Assembly: GCA_963760795.1 (NCBI GenBank)
Contig: CAVXEP010000034.1
Location: 1-64,000, forward strand
Direction: 5' to 3'
DNA: 64,000 nt
Origin: an uncultured delta proteobacterium
Lineage (GTDB): Bacteria; Desulfobacterota; Binatia; UBA9968
The notes beneath the pieces were generated by a model. It was not told the DNA's origin. It did no database searches and worked only from the letters and a program-made list of their open reading frames with translations. A program made the position numbers and the translations under genes. How positions within the stretch are numbered: the stretch's first letter is position 1; the number at the start of each line of letters is the position of its first letter. Shown here piece by piece: positions 10,449 through 19,717 of this stretch.

Positions 10449-11300
10449 TCAACGGGTGGAGGGGTAATTAAGTCGACTGTCGTGGTACTCCATCGTGGCC
10501 GAAATCGGCAGCGGAATGCTCTTGATCCACGACGGAATCGGTGCGAACGGCGCAGCCGCTTTGATCGCGCGCAGCGCTTCGTCGTCGAGCAACTGGGAGC
10601 CGGAAGATCGCACGAGTCGCAACTGTTCAAGTTGACCGTTGGCGCCCACGGCGAACTCTAAAAACAGCGTTCCTTGCAGACCGTAACGTTTCGCAAGCTC
10701 GGGATATTCCCAATTCTGGTTGATCGCTTGCTTGATCCGATTGAAATAATTCATGTAGGCAGGATCATGGCTGTTCAAACTGACCGGTGCGCTGCTTCGC
10801 CCGCCCGTGCTTGAATACGTGATCGGCGGTAAGAGCTCTTTGACCGTCGGCAGCCGGCGCTCGGCAACCACGCTCTTTTCGATGGGCAGCTCGCGTTGCG
10901 TGTCAGCCGATGTCGGCACTGGCAGTCCGGCCACCTGTTCGTCGCGGTTGCGTTCGGCTAGCGAGGTCTTTTCAATCGCGACGGCGGTTTTCTCAGCGGT
11001 AGTAGTGCGGGCGCGCTCTCGGGCTCGGTTGGCTTGTGGCCGCAATTCTTTCCTGTTGGCGATCGGTGAATCCTTTTTGGCGACGGGTGCCGGTGGTTTG
11101 ACGATCTTGGTCGCCGCGGGCGGCGCGGTCGCGGCCAAATCTTTCTCGCCGGGCGGCAGTAGCGAAACCGGGATCGCCGGCGGCTCGGCGCGTGTCTTCC
11201 ACGCCAATTTTTGCATCAGGATGAAGTAGCAGAATACCGCGGCATGAATCGCCAGTGAAAGCCCGAAGAAGCGCGTCAGCGTGATGTTCAATCGTGCCAC
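10449..11300 (-). CDS. TonB-family energy transducer
   Basis: N-terminal TM with SLAIH, Pro-rich linker, C-terminal WEYPELAKRYGLQG...SSGSQLLDDEALRAIKAAAPF. Confidence 0.88.
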   Translation of the reverse strand: MARLNITLTRFFGLSLAIHAAVFCYFILMQKLAWKTRAEPPAIPVSLLPPGEKDLAATAPPAATKIVKPPAPVAKKDSPIANRKELRPQANRARERARTTTAEKTAVAIEKTSLAERNRDEQVAGLPVPTSADTQRELPIEKSVVAERRLPTVKELLPPITYSSTGGRSSAPVSLNSHDPAYMNYFNRIKQAINQNWEYPELAKRYGLQGTLFLEFAVGANGQLEQLRLVRSSGSQLLDDEALRAIKAAAPFAPIPSWIKSIPLPISATMEYHDSRLNYPSTR

Positions 11301-11391
11301 GATGGTATAATCTAGATAAAATCGCCAAGGAAGATTCGTCGATGATTAATTCTTGCCATGGCGCAATTGCCGCTAGGCGTCTGGAGGACCG

Positions 11392-11577
11392 ATGTTTGGG
11401 TTTGGCATAGGCGAATTACTAGTGGTGCTGGTTATCGTTCTGGTGCTGTTCAGCAACCGGCTGCCGGACCTCGGTGAGGGTATCGGCAAGAGCATTCGCA
11501 AGTTTCGCAAAGCGGTCAACCAAGCCGATGAGGTCGATATTACTCCGAAAAAAAAAGATTCAGACGAATCGCCCTGA
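11392..11577 (+). CDS. tatA: Twin-arginine translocase TatA/E
   Basis: MFGFGIGELLVVLVIVLVLF..RLPDLGEGIGKSIRKFRKA. RBS GGAGG. Confidence 0.9.
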   Translation: MFGFGIGELLVVLVIVLVLFSNRLPDLGEGIGKSIRKFRKAVNQADEVDITPKKKDSDESP

Positions 11578-11588
11578 TATCGGATCCA

Positions 11589-12637
11589 TCAAATTTCACC
11601 GTCGGCGAGCACGACTTCCAAGCTGAAGTCTTTGACCTGCTTGGCCGGTTTCAAGAATACCATGGTAAAAGCTATCGAATCCCCCGGCGGCAGCTCGAAA
11701 CTCTTGAGCGGTTTCAAATCCTGCAAGTGGGGAATGTCTTCCGCGGTCATACCGCGGATGATCTTGGGTGAGATCGTATTGCCGATCCAGATGGTTTGCT
11801 TCTCGAGCTCTTTGCCTTCGAGATTGAAGACTTTGCCGGTGACTTTTACTTCCCGAATCACCACCGGATTCTGATTGAAGGCGACGCCGGTGAGCACCAA
11901 CACCTCACGGTCTCCGTGAATATTCTGGTAGCCCGTGCGCAGGGATTGCAGCAGGACCCCATCTTTCAAGTGATTATTTTTTAGCACCGTGGCGCCGACG
12001 AAGGGGATCTTTTCGACCAGGTTCTCCATCGCCGCCGGCTTGGCATGGGTCATCGCCGCCAGCAGCGAAAAGCCGATTAGTAAAAGTCCAAACAAGCTCA
12101 AATACGGACGGATCGAGGCGCGTTGATCGACATAGGAGGACATCGCCAGGATGTTGGCAGGATTGTCCTGTTCTTCTTTTAGCTGTGGCGCGGCGAATGC
12201 GCGTTCGTTCTCGTCAAAGTTGTTGGGTATGTCGACGATCTTTTCCTGCTCGCGGTTCGCCGTAGTCGCCAGCTTGGTGAACGGTGGTTCGGGTAAGGTG
12301 TTGGACGGTTCAGGATTCAACAACCATCGATCCGGCGCGGGACTACCCGGTGTTTCCGCCGAGGTGGATTCACTGACCCAGTCGCGGCGGGGGGGAACTT
12401 GTCGGTTTTGGCAGCCGGTGGCGGGGAAAAGCTGAAGGTCAGTTCTCGGTCCTGAGGCTCTGGGGCTACTGCGGCCTCGCTCGGCACAGGTTTCTCCGGC
12501 GTGGCTGGGGCTGTTTCGGCGCCTTCGAGTTCGAAGTTATGCTTGCAGCGTGAGCAACGAAATGCCGGTGCGGCGCCTTTGACGACTTCGTCAGCGACCC
12601 TATAGGTGGTACGGCAACTCGGACATTGAACTAGCAT
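11589..12637 (-). CDS. Zinc-ribbon (MJ0042-type) / DUF3426-like membrane protein (frameshift in 12320-12430)
   Basis: MLVQCPSCRTTY...FRCSRCKHNF zinc ribbon, Pro-rich linker, TM segment and beta-rich C-terminal domain in the next ORF. Confidence 0.72.
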
Positions 12638-12754
12638 GGAAAATCCTTTAGTGAATTCGGCACCGATCGAACCAGAAACGAAGGGAACTGGCGCAATTCT
12701 AGGGGAATTGACGAAAAGTGCAAGGATTTATGTTAGTGAGTCGTTTTAATAGCT

Positions 12755-12781
12755 GAATAATCGTTTTCTGGCGGCGTCTAA
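12755..12781 (+). promoter_or_regulatory. Putative ECF-sigma autoregulatory promoter
   Basis: GAATAA-N16-TCTAA follows the sigmaE-type GAACTT-N16-TCTRA layout, 15 nt upstream of the sigma gene start. Confidence 0.4.
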
Positions 12782-12796
12782 GAGGGCAGGATCGTT

Positions 12797-13351
12797 GTGG
12801 AGTTGAGCGATTGGCAACTGGTTGAGAAGTGTCAAGCGGGCGATGCGAATGCGTTCCAGGAACTCGTCTCGCGCTATCATCAAAAGGTTTTCATGGTAAT
12901 CCTCGGGCTGATGCGCAACCGCGAGGATGCCTTGGAAGTGGCCCAGGAAACTTTTTTTCGGGCGTTTCGCAAAATCAAAAGCTTTCAGGGCGGCTCGTCG
13001 TTCTATACGTGGATTTATCGGATCGCGGTGAACAACGCGATCGACGCCCAACGCAAGCAGAAACGCAATCCGTTGGACTTCCACGAGACCATGGATGGGG
13101 TGTTCGAAGCGCGCAACGAGGTAGCCAAGGATCCGTTCGCCGATGTTCATGACCGCGAGCTGCGTGAGAACATGGCCAAGGCGATCAACGAATTGACACC
13201 GGAGCACAAAGCCGTCATCGTCTTGCGAACGATTGAAGGCCTGTCCTACAAGGATATTGGCGAGATTCTTGGCTGTTCCGAGGGCACGGTGATGAGCCGG
13301 TTGCACTACGCAAGAAAAAAATTGCAGGATAAGTTGAAAGCCTTTTTATGA
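12797..13351 (+). CDS. ECF RNA polymerase sigma factor (RpoE-like)
   Basis: GDANAFQELV.RY, DALEVAQETF, SSFYTWIYRIAVN, GLSYKDIGEILGCSEGTVMSRLHYAR. Confidence 0.95.
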   Translation: MELSDWQLVEKCQAGDANAFQELVSRYHQKVFMVILGLMRNREDALEVAQETFFRAFRKIKSFQGGSSFYTWIYRIAVNNAIDAQRKQKRNPLDFHETMDGVFEARNEVAKDPFADVHDRELRENMAKAINELTPEHKAVIVLRTIEGLSYKDIGEILGCSEGTVMSRLHYARKKLQDKLKAFL

Positions 13352-13878
13352 GCCAGTGTGAATCTTTGCAAGAATCTATCGGTCGTTGGCTGGACGGCGA
13401 GTTGCCACCGGCGGACAGCGAAGCGGTGCGTAGCCATGTGGCCAGTTGCGCCGACTGCGGTGCGGCGCGCCAGCGCTTGGAAAAAATCCAGCTCACCCTC
13501 GGCACTATGCTTACGGCAGAAGCGGCGCGGCTCGAATTCGCGCCTTTCTGGCGTGAAGTGCAGCACCGTATCGAAACGAAACGGCCCTGGCATGAGGAGC
13601 TGATCGAGGCGGTTCAGTCGTTATTTAGCGTGCCGCGTCTCGCCTGGGCGGTGCCGGCGGCGATCATGCTGGTGCTGGGTTTCTTATCGCTAGCCAAATG
13701 GCCGGCTGGCGTCGAGGCAAACAACTACGCATCGGTGGAGTCGATCGACGCCCATGGCCGCAACGTCGCGCTCTTACGCGAGGACGAAACCAAGACGACG
13801 ATCATTTGGCTTTATCAAGATCCCGAAGGTGAAGACGAGAATGTCGAAGAAACTGCGAAATCCGGTCCTGCTTTTTAG
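13348..13878 (+). CDS. Anti-sigma factor with zf-HC2 (ZAS) domain
   Basis: C...WLDGEL...HVASCADC (HxxxCxxC), one TM helix, ATGA overlap with the sigma gene. Confidence 0.88.
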   Translation: MSQCESLQESIGRWLDGELPPADSEAVRSHVASCADCGAARQRLEKIQLTLGTMLTAEAARLEFAPFWREVQHRIETKRPWHEELIEAVQSLFSVPRLAWAVPAAIMLVLGFLSLAKWPAGVEANNYASVESIDAHGRNVALLREDETKTTIIWLYQDPEGEDENVEETAKSGPAF

Positions 13879-14302
13879 CCTGGCTTTTCTAGCTGTCGCC
13901 GGCTGGCTGCATGCCGCGGATAACACTCCTCAGTCCGTACAAGTGACGATCCGATCGATATTGGCAGGCGATAAGAGCGATGAGTTCGATCCTAAGCTCA
14001 AAGGCATGGAGCAGCAGCTCAAACCTCTGAAGCACCGTTCCTACCGCGCGCTAAAGGACGAGACCCAGACCATTCCTTGGCACGGCAGCAAGGCGTTTGA
14101 AATTCCCGGCGGCCGCTCACTTACGATCGCGCCCCAGGAGTTTCAAGATAATCGGATCGGTCTAAAAATTCGTTTGACTCAGGGCGACAAGCCGCTGATC
14201 GACACCACGGTCAAGATTGCCAATAAGGGAAATATTATTCTCGGCGGACCGGCCCATGAAGGCGGCTCGTTGGTTTTGTCGATCTCCGCTGCGGCGCAGT
14301 AA
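13841..14302 (+). CDS. Secreted hypothetical protein co-transcribed with sigma/anti-sigma
   Basis: Signal peptide MSKKLRNPVLLFSLAFLAVAGWLHA, beta-rich body, overlaps the anti-sigma gene. Confidence 0.7.
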   Translation: MSKKLRNPVLLFSLAFLAVAGWLHAADNTPQSVQVTIRSILAGDKSDEFDPKLKGMEQQLKPLKHRSYRALKDETQTIPWHGSKAFEIPGGRSLTIAPQEFQDNRIGLKIRLTQGDKPLIDTTVKIANKGNIILGGPAHEGGSLVLSISAAAQ

Positions 14303-14310
14303 AACATCGA

Positions 14311-14574
14311 TCAGTCGATTACGTTTTTCTCAATCGGCTCGACGGCGACGCCTTTACCTTTGAGCCAACTGATCGCCTTCGCGACTTCGATCTCTTTCCC
14401 GTCAATTTCCAACGCCAACAGCGCCAGATCCGCGGTGACCGTGGAGCTGCGGATGTTGAAAATCACGTCGAACTGTTTTGCTAACAGGCTCAAAACCGGT
14501 TCTTTGATCAGGTCTTTGGGGAAGGTGAGATAGACGCGCTCGCGCACGGCATCGGTTTTTGCTTTTGTTGCCAT
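14311..14574 (-). CDS. NIL-domain protein
   Basis: VYLTFPKDLIKEPVL..LAKQFDVIFNIRSS...LALEIDG...AISWL..KGVAVEPIE. Confidence 0.85.
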   Translation of the reverse strand: MATKAKTDAVRERVYLTFPKDLIKEPVLSLLAKQFDVIFNIRSSTVTADLALLALEIDGKEIEVAKAISWLKGKGVAVEPIEKNVID

Positions 14575-14578
14575 CGGG

Positions 14579-15592
14579 TCAAATCGAAAATTTAAGGTTG
14601 CCGACCGCGGCGCGGTCGCGCCAGCCGACCCATAGATTAGTCGTCAGGTATTTGTCGCCAAAGTCGGGAAAGATCGTGACCACGGTGCCAGAGCGAAGTT
14701 TGCGCGCGACTTGCAGCGCGGCGAACAGCGCGGCGCCGGAGGATTGGCCCACCAGCACTCCTTCTTCCTGGCTCAAGCGATAGACCATCGCATAGGCGTC
14801 CTCGGTGGATACCGGGATTTTGCCGTCGAGCTCTTCCTCGTGATAGATTCCCGGGACGATGGAACTGGCCATATGTTTCAGCCCTTCGAGCCCGTGCAAT
14901 GCATCGTCCGGCTCGACGGCGATCACCTGGATCGATCGATTAACTTCTTTCAAATAGCGACCGGTGCCCATGATCGTGCCGCCGGTACCGATGCCGGCGA
15001 CGAAATGGCTGATGGCTTGATTGGTTTGGCGGTAAATCTCCGGTCCGGTGTTTTCGTAATGGGCCTGGGAATTCATCGGATTGAAGTATTGGTCCGGTTT
15101 AAAATATTTCTCCGGATCGGCTTCGAGAAGTTTGCGGCACAGACGGATGGCGCCATCGGAGCCCTCCATCGGATCGCTAAAAATCATTTTGGCGCCATAG
15201 GCGTTGATGATTTGTTTGCGTTCGACGCTGACATTGGCGGGAATCGCCAACTCCACCGGATAGCCCAGGACGGCGCCGATCATCGCCAAGGCGATGCCGG
15301 TATTTCCCGAGGTCGAGTCGACGATGGTTTTCCCCGGTCTGAGCTTCTGCGTACGCAACCCTTCCTGAATCATGCGCCATGCCGGACGGTCTTTGACTGA
15401 GCCGCCCGGATTGAAGCCTTCCAGTTTGGCGAAAACTTTGACGCCCTTGGGTAAGCCTGCGCCGATCCGCTGAATTTCCAAGAGCGGGGTATTACCGATC
15501 AGATCGAGGGTCGATTCGACCTTACTCGGCGCGTCGGGGTTCGCGGGAACCAGGCGCAAGTTGGACGAGGTTTGGACCATTTTCGCTACCAA
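14579..15592 (-). CDS. cysM: PLP-dependent cysteine synthase family (CysM-like)
   Basis: IGNTPL, KLEGFNPGGSVKDR, TSGNTG, DQYFNP, GIGTGGT, GQSSGA, FPDFGDKYL. Confidence 0.9.
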   Translation of the reverse strand: MVAKMVQTSSNLRLVPANPDAPSKVESTLDLIGNTPLLEIQRIGAGLPKGVKVFAKLEGFNPGGSVKDRPAWRMIQEGLRTQKLRPGKTIVDSTSGNTGIALAMIGAVLGYPVELAIPANVSVERKQIINAYGAKMIFSDPMEGSDGAIRLCRKLLEADPEKYFKPDQYFNPMNSQAHYENTGPEIYRQTNQAISHFVAGIGTGGTIMGTGRYLKEVNRSIQVIAVEPDDALHGLEGLKHMASSIVPGIYHEEELDGKIPVSTEDAYAMVYRLSQEEGVLVGQSSGAALFAALQVARKLRSGTVVTIFPDFGDKYLTTNLWVGWRDRAAVGNLKFSI

Positions 15593-15882
15593 AGTTCGAT
15601 CGTCTCACGCCCACCAGCGATCGCGGGCACGATGGAAATGTTATCGCCTTCCTTGAGCGCCGTCTCGAGATTTTGCAAAAAGCGAATGTCGTCGCCGTTC
15701 ACATAGACGTTGACGAAGCGGCGCACCTTGCCGGTTTCGTCGCAGATGCGCTCTTTTATACCGGGATGGTTTTTTTCCAGATCGTCGACGAGGGACTTGA
15801 CGTTGCCGCCTTCAGCACTCACTTCGTCGGCCCCCTGCGTATACTTACGAAGCGGGGTGGGAACACGAACTCGCACAGACAT
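15586..15882 (-). CDS. MoaD/ThiS/CysO-family sulfur carrier with C-terminal extension after GG
   Basis: VRVPTPLR, RRFVNVYVNGDDIRFL, IVPAIAGG followed by RETIELW*. RBS AGGAGG. Confidence 0.9.
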   Translation of the reverse strand: MSVRVRVPTPLRKYTQGADEVSAEGGNVKSLVDDLEKNHPGIKERICDETGKVRRFVNVYVNGDDIRFLQNLETALKEGDNISIVPAIAGGRETIELW

Positions 15883-15908
15883 AACGAACCTCCTGAAAAT
15901 TTCCAAGT

Positions 15909-15957
15909 AAAATTGACTGGGTGAATTGAGAATAATCCTTCACTCTGCGCCTTGCAA
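15909..15957 (-). promoter_or_regulatory. Sigma70 promoter with overlapping Rrf2 (IscR/CymR)-like operator upstream of the sulfur carrier
   Basis: Minus strand TTGCAA-N17-TATTCT (15957-15929). Plus-strand AAAATTGACTGGGTGAATTGAGAAT (15909-15933) resembles IscR type-1 sites. Confidence 0.5.
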
Positions 15958-15984
15958 GGTGAGGAGTTGCAACTTTCCAGCGGC

Positions 15985-16318
15985 TTAGGCACCAGCCATA
16001 CCGGCTCGGCTAGCTGGATTCAGCGCCAGAGATAGCTCGTCGAACTGTGCCAACTCGGCGGCGATGCCATGGGGCTTGTTGATACTGCCCGCCACCGCTT
16101 CCAGGCTTTTATAACCGTTGCCGGTGATGCTGATGACAATGGACTCGTCGCGCGGGATGCGGCCTTGGTCGATGAGTTTCTTGGTCACGGCCACTTCGGT
16201 GCCGCCCGCCGGTTCAGTAAATATTCCCTCGGTGCGGGCGCCGAATAGATTTTACACCCGGCTGGTTGGCATAGGGTTGCTTACACTCGCGACATTCAAG
16301 GCCTTGGACGAAACTCAT
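15985..16318 (-). pseudogene. thrC: Threonine-synthase-family gene with large internal deletion
   Basis: N-terminus MSFVQGLECRECKQPYANQP is joined directly, out of frame, to C-terminal ARTEGIFTEPAGG...VISITGNGYK. The PLP-lysine region is absent. Confidence 0.8.
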
Positions 16319-16340
16319 GGCGATGATTTTCTCGATGGCA

Positions 16341-17129
16341 CTAGAATTGTGTGGTCGCGGTTGTGCCGGCGCCGGTGCCGCAGGCGGCGCATTGCGGATC
16401 GCGTCTGACTTCGACCTCGCGGAAGCGCATGTTCTTGGCGTCGTAGACCAAGAGACGGTCGGTGAGCAGACCATCCTCGAAGCCGGCCAAATATTTCACC
16501 GCCTCGGTGGCCTGAATAGTGCCGATGGTGCCGGCCACAGCGCCGAGGATGCCGGACGCTTGGCAGTTCAAGATCTCTTCTGGCGGCGGTGGGACATTGA
16601 ACAGGCAGCGGTAGCATGCGCTTTTGCGCGGCACCACGGTCATGACTTGACCCTGCAAGCGGACGATGCCGGCGTGGGAGAAAGCGATGCCCAAATTCAC
16701 CGCCAAGTCGTTGATGAGAAACTTCGTGTCGAAGTTGTCGCTGCCGTCGACGATGAAGTCGAACCCCGTGGCGATTTGTTCGGCATTGCTCTCATCGAAG
16801 CGGACTGGATGGACGATCACTTCGACATCAGGGTTGAGTGCGGTCAAGGTCGTTTTCGCAGACTCGACCTTAGGCCGGCCGATATCCGCGGTGGCGTGAA
16901 GGATTTGGCGTTGTAAATTCGACAGTTCCACTTTGTCCGCATCGACGATTCCCAGTGTGCCGATGCCGGCTGCGGCTAAATAAAGTGCCGCCGGCGAGCC
17001 CAAGCCGCCGGCGCCGATGACCAGCACGCGCGATTGGCACAGGCGCATCTGCGCTTTGCCGCCGAGATCGGGGACCATGATTTGGCGGCTGTAGCGTTCG
17101 ATTTGCTCGCTGGTCAGACGTTCGGCCAT
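16341..17129 (-). CDS. moeB: ThiF/MoeB-family adenylyltransferase
   Basis: ERYSRQ, VIGAGGLG, DADKVELSNLQRQ, DGSDNF, CYRC, GILGAVAG, CAAC. No rhodanese domain. Confidence 0.92.
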   Translation of the reverse strand: MAERLTSEQIERYSRQIMVPDLGGKAQMRLCQSRVLVIGAGGLGSPAALYLAAAGIGTLGIVDADKVELSNLQRQILHATADIGRPKVESAKTTLTALNPDVEVIVHPVRFDESNAEQIATGFDFIVDGSDNFDTKFLINDLAVNLGIAFSHAGIVRLQGQVMTVVPRKSACYRCLFNVPPPPEEILNCQASGILGAVAGTIGTIQATEAVKYLAGFEDGLLTDRLLVYDAKNMRFREVEVRRDPQCAACGTGAGTTATTQF

Positions 17130-17156
17130 GTTGCGTGCGCACTCGCTCAAAAAATC

Positions 17157-17220
17157 TCTTTTGACAAACTTGGATGTGAAGTTAGTTGGCAGGCTAACGT
17201 ACCGCCGCCGCCGAAGTCAA
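17157..17220 (-). promoter_or_regulatory. Sigma70 promoter plus second Rrf2-like operator upstream of moeB
   Basis: Minus strand TTGACT-N18-TAGCCT (17220-17191). Plus-strand TCTTTTGACAAACTTGGATGTGAAG (17157-17181) shares TTGAC-N10-GNGAA with the 15909 site. Confidence 0.45.
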
Positions 17221-17256
17221 CGGCGAGTCCTGCAATCCGGATAACGTTCAAGACGG

Positions 17257-18465
17257 CTAGTTCTCAGCTTGCACGCGAAAGCCGTCGCGGCTTAAGCCGG
17301 CGCGCAGCCGCTGGATATGGTCGGAACCGGTGGTCTCGAGCACGAGTTCGACCTCGGTCTCACCGATGGCGACGCGGCCGAATCCGCGCCTCTGACCGAT
17401 CTGTAGTATATTTGCGCCCAAGTCGGCGATGCGTTGAGTGAGGCGGGCGAGATTGCCAGGGCGGTCGGTGACGATCACATTCAATCGGCACTGGCGTCCA
17501 TCCTGAATCATACCGGTTTCGATGATGCGAGAGATCAGATTCATGTCGATATTGCCGCCGGAGACGATGAGGCCGATGTTTTTGCCAGTGAGCGAGATTT
17601 TCTCGGTCATCAATGCCGCCAAGGGCACTGCGGCGGCGCCTTCGGCAACGGTCTTTTCGATTTCCAGGAGCAGCAGCACCGCGTTGGCGATTTCGCCTTC
17701 GCTGACGGTGACGATTTCATCGACGAATTCTTTGACCAGGGCGAACGGCGTCTCACCGACGCGACGCACGGCGATGCCGTCGGCGATGGTGGTGGCGGGC
17801 GGCAGCCGAACCGGCGCGCCGCCGGTCAAGGCGGTTTTCATCGATGGCACGGCCTCGGCCTGGACGCCGATGATGGTGATTTTGGGATTCAATGTTTTCA
17901 GCACCAAGGCGATGCCGGCGATCAAGCCGCCGCCGCCCACCGGCACGACCACCGCATCGAGATCGGGATTTTGCTCGTACAGTTCGAGGCCGATGGTGCC
18001 TTGACCGGCAACGATCCAGGGATCGTTGAACGCCGAGATGAACGTCAGGCCTCGTTCTTGGCTCAGCCGCTGGGCTTCGGCGAGAGCGGTGTCGTAGTCG
18101 TTGCCATGGAGCACGCTTTGCGCGCCGTATTGGCGCACCCGTGAGATTTTAATCAGCGGCGCGAATAGCGGCATGACGATGGTGGCGGCGATGTTTAATC
18201 TGTGGCTGTGAAACGCCAGAGCCATGCCGTGATTGCCGGCGCTGGCGGCGATCACGCCGCGTTGCGCTTCTTCAGCGGACAGCGTGAGCAAGCGGTTGAG
18301 CGCGCCGCGCTCTTTGAAGGAACCGGTCATTTGCAAGTTTTCCAACTTGAAAAAAATCCGGTTGCCGGTCAGCCGGCTGATGGTCTCAGAGTAGGGAAAC
18401 GGCGACAGATAGATTTGTTCTTTGATGCGCTCACGCGCTTCTTCGACGTCGACGAAGGTAACCAT
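17257..18465 (-). CDS. ilvA: Threonine ammonia-lyase with C-terminal ACT domain
   Basis: KLENLQMTGSFKERGA, ASAGNH, GQGTIGLE, VGGGGL, TIADGIAV, SGGNID, DRPG. Confidence 0.93.
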   Translation of the reverse strand: MVTFVDVEEARERIKEQIYLSPFPYSETISRLTGNRIFFKLENLQMTGSFKERGALNRLLTLSAEEAQRGVIAASAGNHGMALAFHSHRLNIAATIVMPLFAPLIKISRVRQYGAQSVLHGNDYDTALAEAQRLSQERGLTFISAFNDPWIVAGQGTIGLELYEQNPDLDAVVVPVGGGGLIAGIALVLKTLNPKITIIGVQAEAVPSMKTALTGGAPVRLPPATTIADGIAVRRVGETPFALVKEFVDEIVTVSEGEIANAVLLLLEIEKTVAEGAAAVPLAALMTEKISLTGKNIGLIVSGGNIDMNLISRIIETGMIQDGRQCRLNVIVTDRPGNLARLTQRIADLGANILQIGQRRGFGRVAIGETEVELVLETTGSDHIQRLRAGLSRDGFRVQAEN

Positions 18466-18567
18466 GTTAGGGCAACGTTAGAATGAAAAGACTGGCGCAT
18501 GCAAGGTCGATGGGGTAGAAAGGGAAAGGTAAAATTCAAAAATTTTAAGGCAAGAACTTTTCGTTCT

Positions 18568-19698
18568 ATGGCTGAATCTCACACAGATCCGACTCCCGCG
18601 GATGTCGTCCGTTACGGGCAGAATTATTTGATCGAGATGGACGGCATCGAACTCTATCGCGCTCTAGCGGCAGCGGAGAAGGACGATAAGCGCGCGGAGA
18701 TTTTTCGCAAAATTCTGCGTGCCGAAGAACGCCATGCGCAGCGCTGGGTGCGATTGATTCAAACCGGCGGTGGCGTGCTGCCGACTTACCGCCGCAGTCT
18801 GCGCGTCCGTCTCCTCGGTTGGCTGGCGCGGCGCTTCGGCACCGATCGTGTGGTGCCGATCGTCAGCGCGCTCGAAGCGCGCGATGAGCCGGGCTACATG
18901 ACTCAAAGCGAAGCCCAAGGGTTGCCAGCCGAGGAGCGCGCGCATAGCCGGGTGCTGCGTGAAATGGATGAAGGGCCGGCGTCGCATGGCGATATCGTCG
19001 GACGCGAGGCCTGGCATATGGCATCGCGCGCCGGTGGTTTGCGCGCCGCGGTGTTTGGCATCAATGACGGGCTGGTGTCGAATTTCAGTTTGGTGATGGG
19101 CTTTGCCGGCGCCGAGGCGAAACCGGAATATATTCTCCTCGCCGGCTGTGCCGGATTGTTGGCCGGCTCGTTCTCCATGGCCGCCGGCGAATATGTTTCG
19201 GTGCGGGCGCAGCGCGAGCTCTTCGAGCAGCAGATCGCCATGGAGCAACAAGAACTGGAAATGTCGCCCAAGGAAGAAGAAGAGGAGCTCGCGCTGATTT
19301 ACCAAGCCAAAGGCATCGCCGAAGCGGACGCGCGCATGATGGCGCGCCGTATCGTCGAGAACCCGCGCACCGCCATCGACACCTTGGCGCGCGAAGAGTT
19401 GGGACTCGATCCGTCGCAGCTCGGCTCGCCGTGGGTGGCCGCTGGCAGTTCGTTTGTGGCGTTTATTCTCGGTGCGATCGTGCCGGTGATTCCTTATATC
19501 TTGACCCGCGGCGGGAAGGCGTTCCTGACCAGCGCAATCTTAAGTTGTTTGGCGTTATTCGGTGTCGGCGCGCTGCTGTCGATCTTTTCTGCGCGCGGTG
19601 CAATGTTCAGCGGCGCGCGCATGCTCGCTATCGGCTTGTGCGCGTCGGCGATTACGTATGTCGTTGGTTGGCTACTGGGCGTTTCGGTCGCTGGTTAG
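18568..19698 (+). CDS. VIT1/CCC1 transporter with N-terminal ferritin/rubrerythrin-like domain
   Basis: E..Y..LA..E...EERHA and EERAH ferritin-like motifs; AVFGINDGLVSN and SMAAGEYVSV VIT1 motifs. Confidence 0.9.
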   Translation: MAESHTDPTPADVVRYGQNYLIEMDGIELYRALAAAEKDDKRAEIFRKILRAEERHAQRWVRLIQTGGGVLPTYRRSLRVRLLGWLARRFGTDRVVPIVSALEARDEPGYMTQSEAQGLPAEERAHSRVLREMDEGPASHGDIVGREAWHMASRAGGLRAAVFGINDGLVSNFSLVMGFAGAEAKPEYILLAGCAGLLAGSFSMAAGEYVSVRAQRELFEQQIAMEQQELEMSPKEEEEELALIYQAKGIAEADARMMARRIVENPRTAIDTLAREELGLDPSQLGSPWVAAGSSFVAFILGAIVPVIPYILTRGGKAFLTSAILSCLALFGVGALLSIFSARGAMFSGARMLAIGLCASAITYVVGWLLGVSVAG

Positions 19699-19717
19699 CT
19701 GAGCGCGCTTCTAACCG

